Source: an uncultured Planctomycetaceae bacterium (GTDB lineage Bacteria; Planctomycetota; Planctomycetia; Planctomycetales; Planctomycetaceae). Taken from it: a stretch of DNA of 64,000 nucleotides. The DNA is taken from assembly GCA_963976765.1 (NCBI GenBank), contig CAXBME010000004.1, positions 1 to 64,000 on the forward strand, given 5' to 3'. The translations under genes and the position numbers were made by a program. Under the pieces are notes generated by a model. The model did no database searches, was not told the DNA's origin, and saw only the letters and a list, made by a program, of their open reading frames with translations. Within the stretch, counting starts at the first letter, position 1; each line of letters begins with the position of its first letter. Shown one piece after another: positions 49,351 through 59,573 of the stretch.

Positions 49351-52300
49351 ATGAATAACCTGATTCGATGGGCTGTCAGAAACTCGCCCGGCATGAATAC
49401 GCTGATGATCGCTCTGCTGGTCATCGGTGGGTTCTGTCTCTGGTCGATGCGGCGCGAAGAGTTTCCCGAGTTCGAACTCGAACGTATCGTCATCGCCGTC
49501 CCCTACCCCGGTGCGAGTCCTGAAGAGGTCGAAGAGGCCATCTGTCTGAAGATCGAAGAGGCCGTTCGATCAGTCGATGGAATTAAGAAGCAGGTTTCTG
49601 TCGCTTCAGAAGGTTCAGGCAGCGTGATGCTCGAACTGGAGTCGTCGGTCAAAGATGTGCAGCGGGTTCTAAGCGAAGTTCGTTCCGAAATCGATCGCAT
49701 CCCCAGCTTTCCAGAACTGGCGGAAGACCCGGAAGTTGAGCAGATCACGATGCGCAAGCCGGCGATCCGGCTGGCTGTGCTGGGGCCGGAGTCGGACGAC
49801 CCCGACGCCGAGCTGAAACTCCGCGAAGTCGCCGAGCGAGTGCGCGACGACCTGCTGCAACTGCCGACGGTCACTCAGGCAAACCTGATGGGCACTCGTG
49901 CGTACCAGATCGACGTTGAGATTTCCGAAGCCAAACTACGGTCGCACGGGCTGAGTCTCAGCCGCGTTGCCAACATCATTCGTCGTGAGAATCTCGAACT
50001 GCCAGGTGGACTGCTGAAGGCAGAGTCAGGCAACATTCTTCTGCGAGGCCGAAACAAGAGGGTCACCGGTGACGAAATTGCGAAGATCCCACTTGTCACT
50101 CGCACAGATGGAGCGGTACTGACCGTTGCCGATCTGGGGACCGTCAGGGACGAATTCGCGGACACCGTTTCGATCAGTCGTGTCGACGGCAAGCCGGGAC
50201 TGGTGATCTCTGTCGATAAAACTTCGAACGAAGATTTGCTCACCATTGTGGCGACGGTTCGAAAGTTTGCGGCCGAGCGTGAAATGCCGGCTGGTTACTC
50301 GCTCCACCCATGGAGAGACGCCGCCATTGCCGTGCAGGATCGCATGGACCTGCTGGCCAGAAATGGTATTCAGGGTTTGATCCTCGTCTTCCTGATGCTG
50401 GCCATCTTTCTGGAGTTCCGACTCGCCTTCTGGGTCGCCATGGGAATTCCTGTTGCGATTCTCGGAGCGTGCGCGATTCTCCTTTACATGGATCAAACGC
50501 TGAACATGCTTTCGATGTTCGCCTTCATGATGGCTCTGGGCATCGTTGTCGACGACGCCATCGTCACAGGTGAAAACATCTACGCGCATCGCGAGCTGGG
50601 CAAACCCTTCACCCAAGCGGCGATCGATGGCACGATCGAAGTTTTCCCGTCCGTGCTGGGTTCCATTCTGACTTCCGTGATCGCGTTCGTGCCGCTGATG
50701 TTTGTCAGCGGGATCATGGGTAAGTTCATCGCCATTCTGCCAGTCACGATCATCGCGATGCTGGCAATTTCACTGTTCGAAAGCACGTTCATTCTGCCGG
50801 GCCACCTGGCTCATTCAGACAGCACGTTCTACCGGGTTGTCGGCAGGGCTCTTTACCCATTGAAGCCAATCGTCTGGTTTTTCAACTGGTTGAACGAGCA
50901 TTCCGGGCGTCTGCTGGATCGGTTCGTCGAGTCTGTCTATCTGAAAATCGTCCGTTTTCTGTTCCGCTTTCCGGCGATTGTTGTCTCCCTGGCGCTGACC
51001 GTGCTCATTCTGTCCTTCGGATTTGTGAAGGCCGGAATGATTCCCTTTGTGATCTTTCCAAAGCTGGACAAGAACGATGTTCGGGCTCAGATCGTTTATC
51101 AGGACGGAACGCCGAGTGCAGTCACCGATGCCGCGACGAAACGGCTGGAAGCCGCCATCGAAACGGTCGTTGCGAAATACCAGTCAACAGACGGTGGCCA
51201 GATCCTGAAAACGATGTATCGGACGGTTGGCTCGTCCGAATCCAGCAACCCCGCTGACGCAATGCCTCAGGGCGCGGGCAGTCACATCGGCAGCGTGAGC
51301 CTCGAACTGGTCGACACCAGCGAACGCACTATCAGCAGCAGTGAGCTGCTTGCCGAATGGCGGGAAGCGGCGGGCGATTTTCCTGGAGCTGACAGCGTCA
51401 TCTTCGACAGCCCGAATATGGGGCCGGGCGGCGTGCCAATCGAATTCAAACTGCTGGCACGGAACGAAGATTTGAAGCAGCTCGAAGCGGCAGTTGAAGA
51501 ATCAAAGCGACGCCTTGCCGAGTACCCCGGTGTCTACGATGTCGCCGACGATTCAACGCCGGGCAAGGTCGAGTTTCGCATCAAAATCAAGGAACGTGCC
51601 CGCGCGATGGGAATCCCGCTCTTCGAACTGGCCGATACAGTGCGGGCTTCGTACTTCGGAGCCGAAGTCATGCGTCTACAACGCGGTCGTCACGAAGTCA
51701 AACTGATGGTCCGTTATCCCGATGCTGAGCGTCGCTCGCTGGCCAACTTCGACCAGATTCGCGTCCGGGGAACGGACGGCGCCGAATACCCCATCACCGA
51801 GCTGGCCGACATCGAAATAACCCGTAGCGCGTCTGAGATCAATCGCGTCGACCAGCTTCGGTCGATTACGGTCAAAAGCGATCTGAACGAGCAGGTCGAG
51901 GGAGCCAATGCGAAGGATATTGTTGAGGATCTCAAAACCAGTTTCATGCCTGAGCTGTTTAAGAAATACCCCGGTGTCCGAGTTCGCTGGGAAGGACAGG
52001 AAGCGGAGAGTCAGGACTCAATTAAGAGTCTCATGATCGGTCTGGCCCTGGCCATGATCGGAATGTACATCCTGCTGACGATTCAGTTCACGTCATACCT
52101 GCAACCGATTCTGATCATGCTGATCATCCCCTTCGGCTGCATCGGAGCCATCGCTGGCCACTTCTGGCTGGGGCTTCCCGTGACGATGTTCAGCCTGTTT
52201 GGACTGGTCGCCCTGACCGGAGTCGTGGTCAACGATTCGATTGTCCTGATCGATTTTATCAATCACCGTATGGCTGACGGCATGCCGCTGCACGATGCGA

Positions 52301-52587
52301 TCATCGACGCTGGCCGCCGCCGCTTCCGTCCCGTGCTGCTGACGTCAGTCACAACCGTCGCCGGCCTGACCCCTATCCTGATGGAAACTTCGCTGCAGGC
52401 CCAATTCCTTATCCCCATGGCCGCCAGCCTGAGCTTCGGCATCATGATGTCAACGGTGCTTGTGCTGATTCTCGTCCCGTCTTTCTACTGCATCCTGGAC
52501 ATCCTGTTCAAAATCGGACCGCGTCCGGAACAGAGCGAGTCAAGTTCTCGAAATGAAGTGACCAGAGAATCAACACTTATTGCCTGA
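49351..52587 (+). CDS. RND efflux transporter permease (AcrB/AcrD/AcrF family)
   Basis: 1078 aa; GIVVDDAIVTGENI, GVVVNDSIVL, RFRPVLLTS. Confidence 0.95.
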   Translation: MNNLIRWAVRNSPGMNTLMIALLVIGGFCLWSMRREEFPEFELERIVIAVPYPGASPEEVEEAICLKIEEAVRSVDGIKKQVSVASEGSGSVMLELESSVKDVQRVLSEVRSEIDRIPSFPELAEDPEVEQITMRKPAIRLAVLGPESDDPDAELKLREVAERVRDDLLQLPTVTQANLMGTRAYQIDVEISEAKLRSHGLSLSRVANIIRRENLELPGGLLKAESGNILLRGRNKRVTGDEIAKIPLVTRTDGAVLTVADLGTVRDEFADTVSISRVDGKPGLVISVDKTSNEDLLTIVATVRKFAAEREMPAGYSLHPWRDAAIAVQDRMDLLARNGIQGLILVFLMLAIFLEFRLAFWVAMGIPVAILGACAILLYMDQTLNMLSMFAFMMALGIVVDDAIVTGENIYAHRELGKPFTQAAIDGTIEVFPSVLGSILTSVIAFVPLMFVSGIMGKFIAILPVTIIAMLAISLFESTFILPGHLAHSDSTFYRVVGRALYPLKPIVWFFNWLNEHSGRLLDRFVESVYLKIVRFLFRFPAIVVSLALTVLILSFGFVKAGMIPFVIFPKLDKNDVRAQIVYQDGTPSAVTDAATKRLEAAIETVVAKYQSTDGGQILKTMYRTVGSSESSNPADAMPQGAGSHIGSVSLELVDTSERTISSSELLAEWREAAGDFPGADSVIFDSPNMGPGGVPIEFKLLARNEDLKQLEAAVEESKRRLAEYPGVYDVADDSTPGKVEFRIKIKERARAMGIPLFELADTVRASYFGAEVMRLQRGRHEVKLMVRYPDAERRSLANFDQIRVRGTDGAEYPITELADIEITRSASEINRVDQLRSITVKSDLNEQVEGANAKDIVEDLKTSFMPELFKKYPGVRVRWEGQEAESQDSIKSLMIGLALAMIGMYILLTIQFTSYLQPILIMLIIPFGCIGAIAGHFWLGLPVTMFSLFGLVALTGVVVNDSIVLIDFINHRMADGMPLHDAIIDAGRRRFRPVLLTSVTTVAGLTPILMETSLQAQFLIPMAASLSFGIMMSTVLVLILVPSFYCILDILFKIGPRPEQSESSSRNEVTRESTLIA

Positions 52588-52660
52588 TCGCATAACGCAA
52601 TCCGAAGTCGTATCAAGAGTTGGCTGGATAAGGTTGTACATCTTCAATTCTTTTTATTCG

Positions 52661-54562
52661 TCAGTCTTCATTGAATGAATACCGTGGATCGCCTGCTGCA
52701 TTCTTTGCTGCCCATGCTTTGATAGCAGTCTCAAATTTCGATCCATCTTCCGGAATGTCTGGTTCACCATCGCCATTGAGAAGATCGTTCAGGACGTTGG
52801 TGACACTTTCACGCACAACGTCGCTTTCTCGAATCGACTGCCAGGCATGAAAAGGCTTGTCTGATGGAGGCAGCGACATGCCGTGATGAGTTTCGAATCC
52901 GGGACACGAACAACGGTGAACTACTTTGAGACCGTGGGAACGCGCCGAAACTACGGCATCACAGATATTTCGGTTGTCCGTGTATCGACCATTCGTTCTG
53001 TTGCCGCCCTTTGTACGTGGCGAGTCGATATCGTGGAGAACTGCGAAGTCGACGCGGAACTGTTCAAGCATCCGCATCAATATCAGGATTGTAGATTTCC
53101 CGCGAGCACGAAGGATCAACGGACGACGCTCTATTGGATAGTCGAATGGCGCATTCAGCATCACTTCTGTGAATGCGGCAAGTTCCGTGTCACCCTCGAC
53201 AATTACGACACGCGGTGAGAAAAACATCTCGGCGACTGCTGTGTCGAACGCAAGGAGACTCTTTAGATTCAGCTTTTCCTCGGGCGAGAAACTGACCTCT
53301 TCGGATCGATATATATTGGGAACGGCGGCCTGAGATTGACGGTGCAATCGGATGATTGTCGTGTGATCCTGCAATGGATCGAGGAATGCTGGATGGTGAG
53401 TCGTCAGCATTACCTGCCATCCGCCATCGGACGCCAGCTTGTAAAGGTGGTCCTGTGCGGCACGAACCGCCGCAGGGTGCAGTGCTGTTTCCGGTTCGTC
53501 AATCAGGAGCATATGGCCAGGGAGAAAGGTGTCTTGTATCTGATTGTCCTTCTGAGCAGATTCAAGTTCAATCCTGAGGTTGTCAATTTCTTCCTGCTTT
53601 GCCTGCTTGGTTCTATCTGTTTTTGCCTTGTCCCTTGCAGCTTCAAGCTTGCTAATTGCTTTTTCTGAGTCCGTCCGTTTCTTCTTTTCCGCAAGCTTTG
53701 CATCACTGATCCGCTTTAGTTCTGACCGAGCTTCCAGCATTGACCAGAAAAGCGCTCTTTGCGAACCGGTGCCTTGACGTTGCCAACCAGCCTCATGGCC
53801 GCCCTCAGCCAACTCGATCCGAGTCCCCTTAATCAGCGCGTCTTCTGGTTTGATGTTAAGGTCGCCAATCCCTGGACGCAGTGTGACCTGACTCTCGGGG
53901 AAGACACGCTGGTATGATGTATTCACTTTCCTGGAGATTTCATTGATTTCGTCACGGAATTCGAGAACGGACTTCTGAGTCTCCGTTTCAAGTTCACGAA
54001 TGAGTCGTCGCAGTTCGGACCCCTCATCATTCATCGCTGCGGCCAGGCGTTCCTTGATCGGTTGCAGGACAAGATCCAGAAGCAACTTGTGTTCTTGTTC
54101 CGGGTCTTCTAAAGAACCAATACGAAAGGGAATGGGGAGTCGGCTGTTGAAAACAGCATCAGCGCCGCCAGCCTTTCCATCTGGAGAGTATTCTTTGGTT
54201 TCGGGATCCCAAGTCATTCGAACCGGCGCACAGCCTTCCTTGCTCCATTGCCATCGTGACCTGACAAGCAGAGCACCATTGGTTTCAGCTTTCCACTTTT
54301 CATCAACATTACCTGCAGAGGGCGGGATGTGGACCCATAGTTCAACTTCCGCGGGTGCGTCTGCGGCCTTGGCATGCAGTTCACCAGCGAGGAGTGCAGT
54401 CTTCTTCACGGCTGCCTCGTAGGCGCGAAGAACTGTTGATTTGCCGGAGTTGTTAGCACCCACAAGGCACACAATATCGTCGAGTGCAACCTCAAGGCCT
54501 TCTGAACCGATACATCCGAAATTCGTAATACGCATTTTTACAAGACGCGATTGCTGGCCCAT
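52661..54562 (-). CDS. OLD-family ATP-dependent endonuclease (ABC ATPase + TOPRIM)
   Basis: Walker A GANNSGKS, signature-like QGTGSQR, Walker B LIDEPETALHP, TTHHP, TOPRIM IVEGDTE and HDID. Confidence 0.9.
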   Translation of the reverse strand: MGQQSRLVKMRITNFGCIGSEGLEVALDDIVCLVGANNSGKSTVLRAYEAAVKKTALLAGELHAKAADAPAEVELWVHIPPSAGNVDEKWKAETNGALLVRSRWQWSKEGCAPVRMTWDPETKEYSPDGKAGGADAVFNSRLPIPFRIGSLEDPEQEHKLLLDLVLQPIKERLAAAMNDEGSELRRLIRELETETQKSVLEFRDEINEISRKVNTSYQRVFPESQVTLRPGIGDLNIKPEDALIKGTRIELAEGGHEAGWQRQGTGSQRALFWSMLEARSELKRISDAKLAEKKKRTDSEKAISKLEAARDKAKTDRTKQAKQEEIDNLRIELESAQKDNQIQDTFLPGHMLLIDEPETALHPAAVRAAQDHLYKLASDGGWQVMLTTHHPAFLDPLQDHTTIIRLHRQSQAAVPNIYRSEEVSFSPEEKLNLKSLLAFDTAVAEMFFSPRVVIVEGDTELAAFTEVMLNAPFDYPIERRPLILRARGKSTILILMRMLEQFRVDFAVLHDIDSPRTKGGNRTNGRYTDNRNICDAVVSARSHGLKVVHRCSCPGFETHHGMSLPPSDKPFHAWQSIRESDVVRESVTNVLNDLLNGDGEPDIPEDGSKFETAIKAWAAKNAAGDPRYSFNED

Positions 54563-54741
54563 GCTGTAATCCAGATGAATGAGTTCTGTGGTTGCCAGAA
54601 ATTAACCAAACGAACAGTAGTGCCCTAATGATATCGATCAAGTGGATGCAGTTTGTGAAGTGTGAACGAAATCGCAGTACAATTAATGCCATTGGCCCTT
54701 CTAATATCACGCCAACTGTTTCGGGTACGAGATTCGAATAC

Positions 54742-54963
54742 TCAAGAGTGGACGTTTTTTCTGAGCTGATCAGGTAGGCAAAATTCCGTCCGTCTGAAAT
54801 CCGGAGTCACCAGCGAAGCATCCGCGTCCTGAAGTCCGCTTTGCCTGGCAACGCGATAAATGAACGGCGTGTAGAGCCGGGCAAACTCGCCCCACGCCAT
54901 CTCGTCCCGCAGATCTCTGATGCGAACCAGCAGGCTTGGCCTGGTTGTGTTGACTGTGTTCAT
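54742..54963 (-). pseudogene. Truncated ECF sigma factor (region 2 N-terminal part only)
   Basis: TTRPSLLVRIRD.RDEMAWGEFARLYTPFIYRVARQSGLQDADA, after which similarity ends abruptly (~54810). Confidence 0.8.
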
Positions 54964-55080
54964 TGGCGAGTCGCTCCACAGTCAGTACGGGCAACGACGA
55001 GGACGTCTTTCACGTCTTTGGCGAAATTCTCAGAATCTTTCCGCCTTGAACTGCCCGCGATGCCACCTTGCGAGCAGTCT

Positions 55081-58000
55081 TCAATCTTCATCCAGCCGGG
55101 CGATGATCGTTCGCCGGGCGGCGGTGGTGTCGTAGCTCACGTATTTCTCGATTCGTTTTCGTTCGAGTTCGATCAGAGTAGCGCGGTTGGTCCCTTTAGC
55201 CTCCGTTAGCTGGCTGTCGTAGTCGGCGACTTTATCGCTGACTGCTTTTCTGGCAGACGTATGAACCGAAACGGCCTCGTCACCGAACGCGGCAATCACT
55301 TCGTCGAGTTTCATTTGAATGGCGGGCGAAGGCTGTCGGGCAGCGTCTGCAATCGTCAGGGCGAATTCGCGAATGCCACCGGCAAAGGCCACGACTCGGC
55401 GAGCGTTTTCGTTAAAGACGGCTGGCTCGTCAGGATCGTCGCCTCGCAGTTTTCGCAGCAGTGTTGTCAGTTCAGTCAGGCTTTCTGCGTAACGCCCCTG
55501 GTCGGCCTGAAGCCACGCGAGTCCCTCGTACGGAAGTAGATTTTCAGGGTGCGAAAGTTTTACACGCTCGAAATATTTCTGAGCTTCGCGGTCTTCGCGA
55601 TTCCGGTGCTGAATCAGTGCCCACGTAATCTGAGCGTCCGGCTCGTCGCCAACCAGTCGGCTGGCTGTGAGGTATTCGGCCTGCGCGGCTACGGGGACTC
55701 CTCGACGCGGCCCCGGTTCCCAGTAGGTCGCCAGCAGTTTTTTGATGGCTTCTTTGGCGGCGGGCGTGAGGCGATCCTGTTCGGGCGGAGTCGCGTCCGG
55801 CCGAAACAGTTTTGGGAGTTGTAAATTTTCGCCGACCTTCACCTGAGCCATTTCGTTTCGCAGATAGTCGAACAGTTCTGTTGGTTCGAGATGCACATCC
55901 TGGTTCCGGTCGCCGTTGCCCGAGTATGCGTCGGCGACGAACCAGCCGAACAGGCCGTGCTGCTTCTCGGCCCAGTCCAGTCCACGTTGATCAGCCGTGC
56001 TGGAAGCAATGGCCCAGGTCGAGCGGAATTCTGCCGGATCTTTTTCCGGCTTCAGCGACTCAATCAGTCGAGCGGCAGAGAGCTGACGCTGCTGATCGGC
56101 ACCTTCACCGACTCGGGAGCAATCCAGCAGAAGCAGTTTTTCACGAGCCGGGCAGCCTTCGAGCTGTTCGCGCAGCCAGCTCAGCGAGATGCCGGATTCG
56201 GCGATGCGCGAGAGGTCGAAATCTTTCGCCGCCAGAAACGACAGCCCGTCGTCGTCGACGTATGCGTGCCCGGCGAAGAAGATGATCACTTCGCTGGCGA
56301 CATCTGACTTGCCCAGCCAGTCCGGAATAGCCTGTTCGATGCGGACGCGAGTTTCGTCGACCAGCAACAGCGTGTTGTCAGGCTGGCAACCGTATCGATT
56401 CTGCAGTGTCTCGTGCAGAAGCTTCGCGTCGGAAGCCGTCCATTCGAGTTTCGACAATGTGTTGTCATCGTAATTCTGATTTCCGATCACGATGGCAAAT
56501 CGGTTTTCGTTGACCGGTCGCAAGGCATCGATGGCCGCAACATCGTTCTGTTCGCGAGTGCTGTCGTAACTCAGCTCGACCTTGTCGCTGCGTCGCAGAT
56601 CGGCAAGCTGAGCCGGCTGTCCGTTGATCGTGATCGAACAGTCCTTTGACGCGACAAAAACTTTTCGGTCAGCAGCACCGTCGCTGACGATCAGAGTGGA
56701 ACTGCCTGACTGAAGTTCGAGGAGCTTACCGGTGTGCAGAAACTGACGCAGCGAGTTGACTTCGACAATGTCCGAGTGGTGAACGACGGTGACGCGGTCT
56801 CCGGCTTCAAGATCGCCGGGTTTCAGAATTCGACCATCAACAATCTTGTTTCCGTTGACCGTAACGGCGCACTCTTCGGCCAGAGGTAACTTGATCAGTT
56901 CAGTTTTTCCCTGGCGGTTTACTTCGATCGTCAGCGATGAAGCCAGCACGTCTCGCAGAAAACCGCTCAGCTTGCGTTTCTGCAGAGCGATAATTTCAGT
57001 GGCAGCTCGCGCGGCAGCCAGCTTCGGATCGGGGACGTGTCGGACAGTGACCTGGTCGTCAGGTTTCAGATCGTCGAGCAGAGCGCGCTCGCCGTTGAGC
57101 AGAATTCGTGTTGTCTCGGTAGCGCGAACCGTCAGCTCCGTGCGTTTGGTTCCTTCGGTAATCTGAACCGTGACCTGCTCATTATTTGGAAAGACCTCCG
57201 TCAGATATCCGATGCTTTCGTCTGGCCGCGAAACGGCAATTTCGAGGATGTCGCGACCGTCATCGTTCTTTGAATTTTTGATAGTGACATGATCGTCCGG
57301 CTGTAAATCGCGAGACGTAATGTAAGTCTTCTCGTTGAGCAGAATCTTTGGCGAGCTGCCAATCCTGATCTCCTGCGGGACGCCGTCTGAGCCGGTGATG
57401 GTGAAGAAGCCTCGATCAATTTCGACGCGACCGATGACGCCTTCGATAGGTACTCCCGTGTCGACGACTTTTCTCTCGTCGCCCGAGTTGCCCGGCAGGA
57501 ACAGCATCACCAGGCTGAGGATCAGGCTTCCGCAGAACGCGGCGATGGCCACATTTCGCCGCGTCGAGTCCGCCGGTTCTTCGTCGGACGAGTCAGTGCC
57601 CTTCTTGATAATTCTGATGTCGATCTGCAGGTCCGATAGAGCGTCGGCTGCTGACTGATATCTCTCCGACTGATTTTTGGAAACGAGTTTCTGGACGACG
57701 TGAGCCAGGTCTTCGGGGACGCCTTCCAGAACACGGCTAATCTCAGGCAGTTTTCGATCCGGAGCGGCGTGCCACATCATCCAGCCAATCTGGCGATCTC
57801 GACCGAACGCGTTGAGGCCGGGAAACAGCGATTCAAAATTCGGCCCGCACATCAACTCGTAAGCGGCGAAGCCGAGCGAATAAAGATCACTGGCCGGCCC
57901 CACTTCGCCGAAGTCTTCAGACATGACTTCCGGAGCCATGTACTTGGTCGTGCCCTTGAGCAGGCTGCCGTCTTCATCGCTGACTCGTCGCGACAAACCG

Positions 58001-58434
58001 AAGTCACCGATTTTGATTCGCTTTCGCGAGTCGATCATCATGTTGGCCGGTTTGATGTCGCCATGCACGATGCCTTGCGAGTGCAGATATTTCAGTGCCC
58101 TCAGGCAGTGAGCGAGCGACGTGCGGACTGACTTCAGATCGAGCTGCTCTGTTGAAATGCGATCCGACAGGTTGCCCTGCATCAGTTCCATGATCAGCCA
58201 GCCGCGCTGACGATCGATGTCGTAAAACGTGATGATGTTCGGGTGCTGAAGCTGAGCGAGCAGTTGAGCTTCCTGCCAGTACCGCTCCATCTGCTCGGGC
58301 ATCTGCAGGTACTGATCGTGGATCTGCTTGATCGCGACCTCGCGACCGAGTTCCGTGTCGCGGGCTCGGTAGACCGTGGCAAAACTGCCGGCTCCCACTT
58401 TCTCCAACAGTTCGTATCGAGAATCCGAAGCCAC
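55081..58434 (-). CDS. Ser/Thr kinase - TM - four beta repeats - caspase-like (C14) domain - TPR protein
   Basis: GTG 58434 with GGGG RBS; VGAGSFATVY, HGDIKPAN, DFGLS; TM; repeated ..LNG..DL.P.D.V.V units; RFAIVIGNQNY, FFAGH, LLDCSR, HGLF; TPR-like helices. Confidence 0.88.
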   Translation of the reverse strand: MASDSRYELLEKVGAGSFATVYRARDTELGREVAIKQIHDQYLQMPEQMERYWQEAQLLAQLQHPNIITFYDIDRQRGWLIMELMQGNLSDRISTEQLDLKSVRTSLAHCLRALKYLHSQGIVHGDIKPANMMIDSRKRIKIGDFGLSRRVSDEDGSLLKGTTKYMAPEVMSEDFGEVGPASDLYSLGFAAYELMCGPNFESLFPGLNAFGRDRQIGWMMWHAAPDRKLPEISRVLEGVPEDLAHVVQKLVSKNQSERYQSAADALSDLQIDIRIIKKGTDSSDEEPADSTRRNVAIAAFCGSLILSLVMLFLPGNSGDERKVVDTGVPIEGVIGRVEIDRGFFTITGSDGVPQEIRIGSSPKILLNEKTYITSRDLQPDDHVTIKNSKNDDGRDILEIAVSRPDESIGYLTEVFPNNEQVTVQITEGTKRTELTVRATETTRILLNGERALLDDLKPDDQVTVRHVPDPKLAAARAATEIIALQKRKLSGFLRDVLASSLTIEVNRQGKTELIKLPLAEECAVTVNGNKIVDGRILKPGDLEAGDRVTVVHHSDIVEVNSLRQFLHTGKLLELQSGSSTLIVSDGAADRKVFVASKDCSITINGQPAQLADLRRSDKVELSYDSTREQNDVAAIDALRPVNENRFAIVIGNQNYDDNTLSKLEWTASDAKLLHETLQNRYGCQPDNTLLLVDETRVRIEQAIPDWLGKSDVASEVIIFFAGHAYVDDDGLSFLAAKDFDLSRIAESGISLSWLREQLEGCPAREKLLLLDCSRVGEGADQQRQLSAARLIESLKPEKDPAEFRSTWAIASSTADQRGLDWAEKQHGLFGWFVADAYSGNGDRNQDVHLEPTELFDYLRNEMAQVKVGENLQLPKLFRPDATPPEQDRLTPAAKEAIKKLLATYWEPGPRRGVPVAAQAEYLTASRLVGDEPDAQITWALIQHRNREDREAQKYFERVKLSHPENLLPYEGLAWLQADQGRYAESLTELTTLLRKLRGDDPDEPAVFNENARRVVAFAGGIREFALTIADAARQPSPAIQMKLDEVIAAFGDEAVSVHTSARKAVSDKVADYDSQLTEAKGTNRATLIELERKRIEKYVSYDTTAARRTIIARLDED

Positions 58435-58587
58435 GAAGCATGCCCCTGGTGAAATGTGTGTTTTGACGGTCTGACTTTTGGGAACGCAGCGGTCACTGAG
58501 GAAAAGAAACGGAGAAAATGAGAAGAGTCTTTTAGAACATCCCCGCTCGAAGTAGCGACACGTGCATCTCACAAATCTGAGTTATTA

Positions 58588-58630
58588 TCTCCGTGCCTCT
58601 GCGTTTTTCACCTCTGCGACCTCTTCGTCC
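58588..58630. repeat. CTCTGCG repeat half-element, same family as 3246-3329
   Basis: ctccgtgcctctgcgtttttcacctctgcgacctcttcg. Confidence 0.4.
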
Positions 58631-58694
58631 AAATATTCCGGTTAGAGTAAGACGCGACGACAGCTCAGGTTGCAACGAAATCGGCTGTAGTTTC

Positions 58695-59333
58695 TCAACT
58701 GCGGAGCGTGTTGAACAGCCGGTCGCCTGCATCGCCGAGGCCCGGGACGATGTATTTCCGGTCGTTCAGGCATTCATCGACGGAGGCAGTGACAATCTCG
58801 GTTTCTGGAAATTCGTCATGCACAGCGGCGATGCCTTCTGGAGACGCGATCAGCACGACGAGTTTGGTTTTCGGAACACCCCATTGACGCAGCACGTCGA
58901 GAGCCAGGCACGCAGACCCACCGGTCGCCAGCATCGGGTCCAGAACCAGAGCGACGTCCGACGGCCCGGTCGGCGGGAGCTTACGGTAATACTCGACGGG
59001 CTTTGCGGTGGCCTCGTCGCGAAACAGCCCCAGGTGCCATACTTCGGCGGTCGGGATTACGTTCAGAAGTGGATCGACCAATCCAAGTCCCGCTCGCAGA
59101 ATCGGCACGAGGGCGATCGTTTGCGACAGCACTTTTGCCGGAGCATCGGCGACTGGAGTCCTCACGGTCGTGTCGGCAAGTTCCAGATCCTCGGTCGCGA
59201 CACTGGCGAGAATCGTCGCGATGATATGAGACAGCGTGCGAAATTCGGCAGGACTGGTCGACTCATCGCGAAGTTTGCCGAGGTGATGCTGCACCAATGG
59301 GTGGTCGACATGCCTGAGTCGTTTGCTGGCCAT
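58695..59333 (-). CDS. upp: Uracil phosphoribosyltransferase
   Basis: HPLVQH, VPILRAGLG, LDPMLATGGS, YIVPGLGDAGDRLF. Confidence 0.97.
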   Translation of the reverse strand: MASKRLRHVDHPLVQHHLGKLRDESTSPAEFRTLSHIIATILASVATEDLELADTTVRTPVADAPAKVLSQTIALVPILRAGLGLVDPLLNVIPTAEVWHLGLFRDEATAKPVEYYRKLPPTGPSDVALVLDPMLATGGSACLALDVLRQWGVPKTKLVVLIASPEGIAAVHDEFPETEIVTASVDECLNDRKYIVPGLGDAGDRLFNTLRS

Positions 59334-59573
59334 GATTCAGATTTCCATTTCGTGTTGCGAATACGTCGTCAGGACTTCCGCCGTTAGAACGTGAATATCC
59401 GAGGGCGATTGTCGCTGCAAGTAGACCGGCGGCACACGAGAACAATGCGGCCTCGTCGCAACCTTCAGGCTGTCGCTGCGCGCTGAGCTGAAGCTGCCGA
59501 AGAACGAACACCAGCGCGGCAAAGACCGGAACCTCACAGAGCCTGCTCCAGCCTGTGAAATTACAATCACAAC

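Noticed and set aside
52661..54562. Gabija or retron-associated defence system
   Set aside because: No UvrD-like gajB or reverse transcriptase is adjacent to the OLD gene.
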